Made by a program: the position numbers and the translations under genes | Virus genome (UHGV): UHGV-0090561 | Length of the DNA: 34,669 nucleotides | Direction: 5' to 3' (one strand) | Origin: a virus | Shown here: positions 29,333-34,669 of the stretch, in pieces | How positions within the stretch are numbered: position 1 is the first letter of the stretch | Layout: the number at the start of each line of letters is the position of its first letter | Notes under the pieces: model-generated | Databases searched by the model: none | Told to the model about the DNA's origin: nothing | What the model saw: only the letters and a program-made list of their open reading frames with translations

Positions 29333-30022
29333 TCAATCCAGTTTTGCAATACTTTGCTGTGAAAATGTCGTCTTTTGTTTTGAACGTGTTCTCGTTACAA
29401 GCAATAAAGCTTCGCTATCAAGCTGTAGAAAAATGTGCTTCATTGCAACCCAGCGTTCAGTAAATGTCTCAGACCAGTTTTTTGATGTCACTCCCACCAG
29501 TGATGCCAGCTCCTGGTATTCATAGGTCTTACGCCCTGCCAGCTCGTTCTTCACATCCTGTGCCGCCAGCCAGATCAACTTCTTCAAACGTTCCAGTGTC
29601 TTACCTGCAATTTTTCTGGTACCCAACAGAGTCTTAAACTCGCTCCATGCCCACTGAGTTATGGCAACCTGATGCTCCCAGCGAACACTTTCGCTGTAAC
29701 TCCACAGCAACCACGCTTTCTGATGTTCATCAAGAGACAGAACCGCGCGGCGCCATGAAGAGGTTGAGAACTCAACCTGGCTGACCAGTGCAATGGATGA
29801 ACCTTTTGCGTACGACTGCTTACCGGAAATCGGCGGATTATCCAGCGTAATCATCCTGCCAGTTACCTCATCCAGAATGCTCGGCTTCTTTCGTTTGTAT
29901 GTACCAGTATCAAATTGAGCATGCTCCAGCCAGGCTTCAAGCTGGCCTTTCGTTACTCCGCTCAAATCAGCGGTAGCCACCATGAGTTGCTCGCGAACAT
30001 ACTGTAAATATTGGGTATTCAT
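29333..30022 (-). CDS. Putative late-gene antiterminator Q (non-lambda Q family)
   Basis: 229-aa ORF between rusA and the lysis cassette, where Q sits in lambdoid phages; resembles phage-82-type Q proteins as I recall them; not lambda Q. Confidence 0.5.
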   Translation of the reverse strand: MNTQYLQYVREQLMVATADLSGVTKGQLEAWLEHAQFDTGTYKRKKPSILDEVTGRMITLDNPPISGKQSYAKGSSIALVSQVEFSTSSWRRAVLSLDEHQKAWLLWSYSESVRWEHQVAITQWAWSEFKTLLGTRKIAGKTLERLKKLIWLAAQDVKNELAGRKTYEYQELASLVGVTSKNWSETFTERWVAMKHIFLQLDSEALLLVTRTRSKQKTTFSQQSIAKLD

Positions 30023-30155
30023 GCGGCAGCTCCTTTCAGTGTTTTGGCGTAATTCTTCAGTATTCGGTAATCGGTCAAAACAGAACCGGGAAAACGATAT
30101 AAGCGCAGGCGCACCCAGCGGCGGCGAAGACGTTCTACCATATAAGACTCAAACA

Positions 30156-30518
30156 TCATTCATCTCCCAGTTCAGTGATGGTCAGCTCCAGCTTTCCACC
30201 TTTGGTAACGGGCATCTTCACAACGCGGTAATCAACGACCTGAGCATCATCCAACCAGAAACCTGCTTTGGTGAGTGCGTCAAAAGCGGCCTTTTGTAGA
30301 TTATCCAGGTCACGGCGACGGCGATCCGGCATGTGGCACTCAATACGGATTTTCACTGGCATAGCCAGGCCGATATCCAGCATGGAGCCTTTGATGATTC
30401 GGGCGACGTTATCGCGGTATGCCTGCCCTTCTGCGCTGATGTGTGTGCGCCCGCGATTATGGCGGTAGTAGCGGTTATTGCTCGGCGGCCAGGGTAGTGT
30501 GATGTGGTAAGTATTCAC
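30156..30518 (-). CDS. rusA: Holliday junction resolvase RusA
   Basis: 120-aa [40 protein letters not shown]... matches the RusA family; GTG start. Confidence 0.9.
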   Translation of the reverse strand: MNTYHITLPWPPSNNRYYRHNRGRTHISAEGQAYRDNVARIIKGSMLDIGLAMPVKIRIECHMPDRRRRDLDNLQKAAFDALTKAGFWLDDAQVVDYRVVKMPVTKGGKLELTITELGDE

Positions 30519-30805
30519 GCCTTAATTACCCCCTCTTTCAGCCAGATAACCTGCGTTCTCGCCATACCTTCCAGCGCGCATTCTTTTGCATATCCAGCGT
30601 CAACAAAATTCGTGCGACGGTCGATCTCATCGTGACAGGCAGAACATGCAATGGTGGCAATCAGGTCTGGCGGTTTAATACCGGTGCCGCACAATCCAGC
30701 CAGCCGGATATGTGCCAGTACAGACGTTTCAGGGTTGCCATTACATATGCCAGGGATTCTTACCTGGCATTCCCGACCACGCGCTGCTTTTCTCAAATCA
30801 GCCAT
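30515..30805 (-). CDS. ybcO: YbcO-like (DUF1364) nin-region protein
   Basis: From the internal ATG: [42 protein letters not shown]... matches E. coli DLP12 YbcO as I recall it. Confidence 0.8.
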   Translation of the reverse strand: MADLRKAARGRECQVRIPGICNGNPETSVLAHIRLAGLCGTGIKPPDLIATIACSACHDEIDRRTNFVDAGYAKECALEGMARTQVIWLKEGVIKA

Positions 30806-30968
30806 GATTCCTCCTTGCTGCCAGTCGCAACCATTTTTTATCAACCAGGCTGGCGGTATATCCGAGCAGTGTTGGTATTTCGGAAGGCTTCAGCTCAGGT
30901 TTACGCTTACGGCGATTTGGTACTCTGTAGATGTGTCCGTTCATGACACGAATAAGCGGTGTAGCCAT
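30798..30968 (-). CDS. ninE: NinE-like protein
   Basis: 56-aa product [53 protein letters not shown] matches the NinE family. Confidence 0.8.
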   Translation of the reverse strand: MATPLIRVMNGHIYRVPNRRKRKPELKPSEIPTLLGYTASLVDKKWLRLAARRNHG

Positions 30969-31423
30969 TACGCCTCCTGCTTGTCGCGCAGCAGCTGGAA
31001 CTCGCAGCTCTGCGGAATAGTCAGGTGGCAACCAATATTCATTGCCCAGGTTTCAATCTTACACAGGAAGACATACATCTCTCCGGTATCAAGATCGGAG
31101 GTATGGCGTAACGACTGGATAGTAGTGATTTCGCCGGTTACGACATCAACCAGGTCCTTGGTTTCATAACCGAGGTATGTGTGTTTGAGAGCATCTTTTA
31201 CCCATGCTGCGGTAGCGAACGATTTCCCCCTGTTGATGAGGTATTCACTGATTTCGCTGTACCACATGTGGCTGAGTGCATTCTGGGAAAGACTGCGTTT
31301 CTCACGCCACGGTTTAAGCACCATGCGAAAGCATTTTCCGTCCTCCAGATAAGGCTGGATCTGCTGGCCGATAGCGGTGAAGTTACCGCGATGCAGTTTG
31401 ATGCCATCTTGTGGTAGGTTCAC
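30968..31423 (-). CDS. ybcN: YbcN-like nin-region protein
   Basis: 151-aa [60 protein letters not shown] matches DLP12 YbcN as I recall it. Confidence 0.8.
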   Translation of the reverse strand: MNLPQDGIKLHRGNFTAIGQQIQPYLEDGKCFRMVLKPWREKRSLSQNALSHMWYSEISEYLINRGKSFATAAWVKDALKHTYLGYETKDLVDVVTGEITTIQSLRHTSDLDTGEMYVFLCKIETWAMNIGCHLTIPQSCEFQLLRDKQEA

Positions 31424-31620
31424 GCTTCACCTCCGCAGAGGTCAGACGCTGGATGCAAAAAATCGCAGGTGCATTTCTGCATCTGTGAAGGGAGAAGAGA
31501 GTTTGGATTGTATGTGCGCATAAACGTCCCCGTTTAGCGCAGAAGTCACCGGAGTTGTTCAGGCCCCGATGAGATGATTATGGCGGGTTGATAGCTGGAA
31601 ATCAAATTGCTTTCATGTCT

Positions 31621-31824
31621 TCAAATAACCTTCAATTTTTCGATTTGGCTTTCTCGATAGGCTATCTCTTTTTGTATTTCATCCAGACGACCTTGATTGT
31701 ATTCACCTTCAAGAGCGTCCTCGCATATAGCAGTTTCTTCTTCCAAAAGTTCTCTAATTTTTCGCTGATGATGTGTCATTCCCTGCCTTGCCCCTTCTGG
31801 GGTAGATTCAAATTCTATCGTCAC
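31621..31824 (-). CDS. Hypothetical small acidic protein
   Basis: About 67 aa; AGGAGG Shine-Dalgarno with GTG/TTG start; glutamate-rich, coiled-coil-like C-terminus. Confidence 0.45.
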   Translation of the reverse strand: MTIEFESTPEGARQGMTHHQRKIRELLEEETAICEDALEGEYNQGRLDEIQKEIAYRESQIEKLKVI

Positions 31825-32038
31825 TTTCAACCCTCCTGTTTTCAGATAAACCGGATCGCTACCGATCGCTACCTTTAGGTAAAGTTATCGACTTCTCGGA
31901 ATAAAACTTCAGGCACTCATTGTACGCTTTACTAGATGCCACCAAGTTAATGTTTACCTTGTCGCCTTCGTACTAGATTTTAGCTGCTATGTTAAAGTCT
32001 GACATATCGGTATCAAGTCAATAAGTTGCATAATTTCT

Positions 32039-32058
32039 AAAAAACCCGCCAAAGCGGG
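32039..32058 (-). terminator. Rho-independent terminator downstream of the NADAR-like gene
   Basis: Minus-strand hairpin CCCGC-tttg-GCGGG followed by a U-run (plus strand aaaaaaCCCGCCAAAGCGGGtt); position hand-counted. Confidence 0.6.
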
Positions 32059-32099
32059 TTTGCAGATCTGTCACGACAGTGAAAGGAACAACAGCCACA

Positions 32100-32717
32100 T
32101 TAAAAAAGCGATAAGCTTTGCCCCGAATTCATCGGTAGTGGAGAGAAAGTAACATCACGTATTTGCTCCCCGAGCAGAAGAAACCTATCCAAGGGTAGCG
32201 GCGGTATCGTAGCAAACCCTGAAAGCCCCTTCTTTCTTGCAACATCTCTCGCATCCATAAGGATACGACCTAACACGTTCATACCATAAAAGTTACCTTC
32301 GGAGTCTTTACTAGCCCCCCAAAATTGGTCCTTCTCTGAGTGCTCAACAATGTCATGCTCTCCTGTGCTATCCAGGAGCGCGAAAAACGATTCCCAGTTC
32401 TGGCAAAGCTTAACGCAGACACACCATTTCATTACCGAAACTCGATTTTTTTCCCAACCTGCACGGGTTTTGGCTTCGAAAGATCTGGCAGTTTGTTTAG
32501 CTTCATAAGGGTTGCCTTGGGTAATAATAGCCTTTTGGATATCTGGATAGTCTGGATATCGGCATGCTTGGTAAAGAATTTCACTCGATTGAATGGGTAT
32601 ACCATTAACTAAGAGCGGATATCCTTTGGCCATGTTGGAAAGCCCCCCCCATTTCTCGGTGGTTTTCCTGAAAGAAACTGTGTTGTGAAACAGGTATAGT
32701 CTATAGCTCATGATCAC
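32100..32717 (-). CDS. NADAR-domain (YbiA-like, DUF1768) protein, putative
   Basis: 205-aa ORF; N-terminal FRKTTEKWGGLSNMAKGYP...SSEILYQACRY fits the NADAR N-terminal pattern as I recall it; ATGA overlap with the upstream gene. Confidence 0.55.
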   Translation of the reverse strand: MIMSYRLYLFHNTVSFRKTTEKWGGLSNMAKGYPLLVNGIPIQSSEILYQACRYPDYPDIQKAIITQGNPYEAKQTARSFEAKTRAGWEKNRVSVMKWCVCVKLCQNWESFFALLDSTGEHDIVEHSEKDQFWGASKDSEGNFYGMNVLGRILMDARDVARKKGLSGFATIPPLPLDRFLLLGEQIRDVTFSPLPMNSGQSLSLF

Positions 32718-33733
32718 CGATTATACACATTACGCTTCATAAGTGGATACCAACAATCCAGAGCTCTATTTCCCGTTCGAAGATAAGTTCCCCACCAGTA
32801 CGCTAGAGGGGTATTATTGGGGCAGTTTCTGAAAGTAAAGATAGTTCCACCAAACCCAACACCATTGAAAGTTGAAAAGCCTAAAGGTTTTATAACATCA
32901 GAAGGATTTTGACTCTGACTAAGGATATCAAACCCAACTTTTGTCATAATTGCTTCAAAACGATCTCGTCTCTGCTCATTAGGGAAAAATTTATTCGCGA
33001 CGTAACCGTCACGATATGTTCCTAAATAATGTACTTGACCGTCAGCCCATTCAGGTATTGATACACTTTGCGCTTTTGGCCAAAAAACCTCAGAACTCGA
33101 ACTGTTTCGGCGTTGATTTTCAACAACTGCAAACTCACCAACACCAACGCAAACTGAAATATTCCTATCAGCAAATTTTCGTTCAAGTTGGTTTTTTATC
33201 TTCCATGCTGAATACGTGTGCCCGCCTAAAAAGTACACCAATATTGTAATATTTTGGAGTTCAAAGTGCTCAATAAACCAAGTTAAATCATTGATTGCCT
33301 TAGCTCCTGAGAATGAAACATCGTCAAAGTAAATAAATTCACGGAATGAACTAACTCTTTGACGTTGTGACAGTCTGGTCACAACGTTGAATTCTTCCAC
33401 ACAATCTTCTCGAAGCAAATCCAAAAACTCAGATTGACTGGTGCCTTGGTTCTGGATATCGAGAAACGCTGCGGTTTGAAAGAACCTTTCATTTTGCTCA
33501 TCATTGGCGATACTACTAATAACTCTGCGATAGTCGCTCTCAGAGAAGTATCCAATCCCCATTAATCGGTCCGTTTCCTCTAAGACAAATCGCCTATCGG
33601 TTAACTCAAATTGATTAATCCATCGATTAACATGATCAATGCTCATGCCACCTTGAGGAGGGTTTCGATAGTCATTTAGTTTAGTAGCAATTTGCCCCAT
33701 AAGATCACGATCTGTAACATTGCTATAACACAT
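32714..33733 (-). CDS. Phosphoribosyltransferase-like protein (type I PRTase PRPP-binding motif), function unknown
   Basis: 339-aa ORF, AT-rich; motif FIYFDDVSFSGAKAI resembles the PRPP-binding loop (hydrophobic x4, DD, then small residues and G); flanking domains unrecognised. Confidence 0.5.
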   Translation of the reverse strand: MCYSNVTDRDLMGQIATKLNDYRNPPQGGMSIDHVNRWINQFELTDRRFVLEETDRLMGIGYFSESDYRRVISSIANDEQNERFFQTAAFLDIQNQGTSQSEFLDLLREDCVEEFNVVTRLSQRQRVSSFREFIYFDDVSFSGAKAINDLTWFIEHFELQNITILVYFLGGHTYSAWKIKNQLERKFADRNISVCVGVGEFAVVENQRRNSSSSEVFWPKAQSVSIPEWADGQVHYLGTYRDGYVANKFFPNEQRRDRFEAIMTKVGFDILSQSQNPSDVIKPLGFSTFNGVGFGGTIFTFRNCPNNTPLAYWWGTYLRTGNRALDCWYPLMKRNVYNR

Positions 33734-33936
33734 ATAGATTCCTGTTCATGCATTGATACGAAAGGATCAGAATACTCTTAAAATAATTTAGTGAAAGCCT
33801 TAAAAGTCATAATGTTAACATGTATCACAAATTGTGATTTTTCTCAGTATCTGAGACGTAAACTGAATCCAAGACCACTAATCTGGCTCAAAAAATTTAG
33901 AAAGTTTCTCATAATGAATAATTGCCTCTTTGCCCG

Positions 33937-34638
33937 TCATACACTTGCTCCTTTCAGTCCGAACTTAGCTTTGATTTCTGCGATCTTCGCCAAAGCCTGT
34001 GCACGATTTAGAGGTCTACCGCCCATGACAGGAAGTTGTTTTACTGGTTCAGGTATCGCCTCACCACGGTTAATTCGCGCGGTCATACAGGACAGTTCAT
34101 CGGCAGCCTTGCGCCGCAATTCCGCGTCAGTCAACGCATTGGCCCGCATGTTCTGGTACAGGTTGGTAACCAGCCAGTAGTGCGCGTTTGATTTCCACGG
34201 ATAAGACTCTGCATCCGGATACAGGCCACGCTTCCGGCAATACTCGTAAACCATATCAACCAGCTCGCTGACGTTTGGCAGCCCGGCGTTAACGGATGCT
34301 TCTTCCCGGCACCAGGCGACAAACTGTCCGGGTGATGGCAGGAATGGTCTATTCTGCCGACGGGCGACACGCATTCCGGCGCTCACCTGTTCCATCGTGG
34401 TGATCCCGTTTTCCCGGAAAGCCAGAACCCACTGGCGGCGGATTTCGTTCAGTTCGTTCTGGTCACGGTTAGCCAGGCTCGCCGGGAAAGTTGCCAGTAA
34501 CTGGCTGAATACACCGTTGATTATCTGCGCTACCTGCTGTACCTGCGGCTTTTCGTCGTACTGTTCCGGCATGTTGTTGGCGATCCGGCGCATCTGCTCA
34601 CGGTCAAAATTAATCATCTGTGCGGCGATGTTTTTCAT
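33937..34638 (-). CDS. P: Replication protein P (DnaB helicase loader)
   Basis: 233-aa ORF MKNIAAQMINFDREQMRRIANNMPEQYDEKPQVQQVAQIINGVFSQLL... matches lambda P. Confidence 0.95.
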   Translation of the reverse strand: MKNIAAQMINFDREQMRRIANNMPEQYDEKPQVQQVAQIINGVFSQLLATFPASLANRDQNELNEIRRQWVLAFRENGITTMEQVSAGMRVARRQNRPFLPSPGQFVAWCREEASVNAGLPNVSELVDMVYEYCRKRGLYPDAESYPWKSNAHYWLVTNLYQNMRANALTDAELRRKAADELSCMTARINRGEAIPEPVKQLPVMGGRPLNRAQALAKIAEIKAKFGLKGASV

Positions 34639-34669
34639 AAATCCACCCCGTAAATCCAGTCAGTGTTTG
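34635..34669 (-). CDS. O: Replication initiator O, extreme 3' end (gene continues beyond window end)
   Basis: Reverse complement of the last 35 nt reads ...DWIYGVDL, stop, with ATGA overlap onto the P start, the lambda O-P arrangement. Confidence 0.6.
   Translation of the reverse strand, partial: NTDWIYGVDL

Noticed and set aside
29111-29333. Expected late promoter / qut region downstream of Q
   Set aside because: I could not identify convincing -35/-10 elements or a terminator by eye in this interval, so no promoter is annotated.

Overview
This window is a lambda-like prophage read in reverse orientation (almost all genes on the minus strand): O (3' end), P, a nin-type region (ybcN, ninE, ybcO, rusA), a non-lambda Q-like antiterminator, lysis genes (S, R, Rz, Rz1), cos, then Nu1-A-W-B-C/Nu3-D-E-FI-FII-Z-U-V-G/T-H-M-L. 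The main finding is that the major capsid gene E is split in two (5' part at 18590-18835, 3' part at 6612-7402) by an ~11.2 kb insertion (7403-18590) flanked by a 10-bp direct repeat. The insert looks like a phage satellite (PICI/P4-like): tyrosine integrase, AlpA, P4-family primase-helicase with downstream iterons, SSB, its own divergent E-like and D-like head proteins, a gpI-like protein, a second cos site nearly identical to the prophage cos, and AT-rich cargo (DUF2971-like protein; RHH + SWIM zinc-finger pair). The prophage also carries AT-rich accessory genes: a DUF3800-like gene antisense between Q and S, a PRTase-like/NADAR operon next to P, and membrane proteins between Rz1 and cos. 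All calls rest on reading the supplied ORF translations and sequence from memory of phage protein families; no database search was run. Coordinates of ORFs derive from the supplied track; coordinates of hairpins and repeats were counted by hand and may be off by 1-2 nt.
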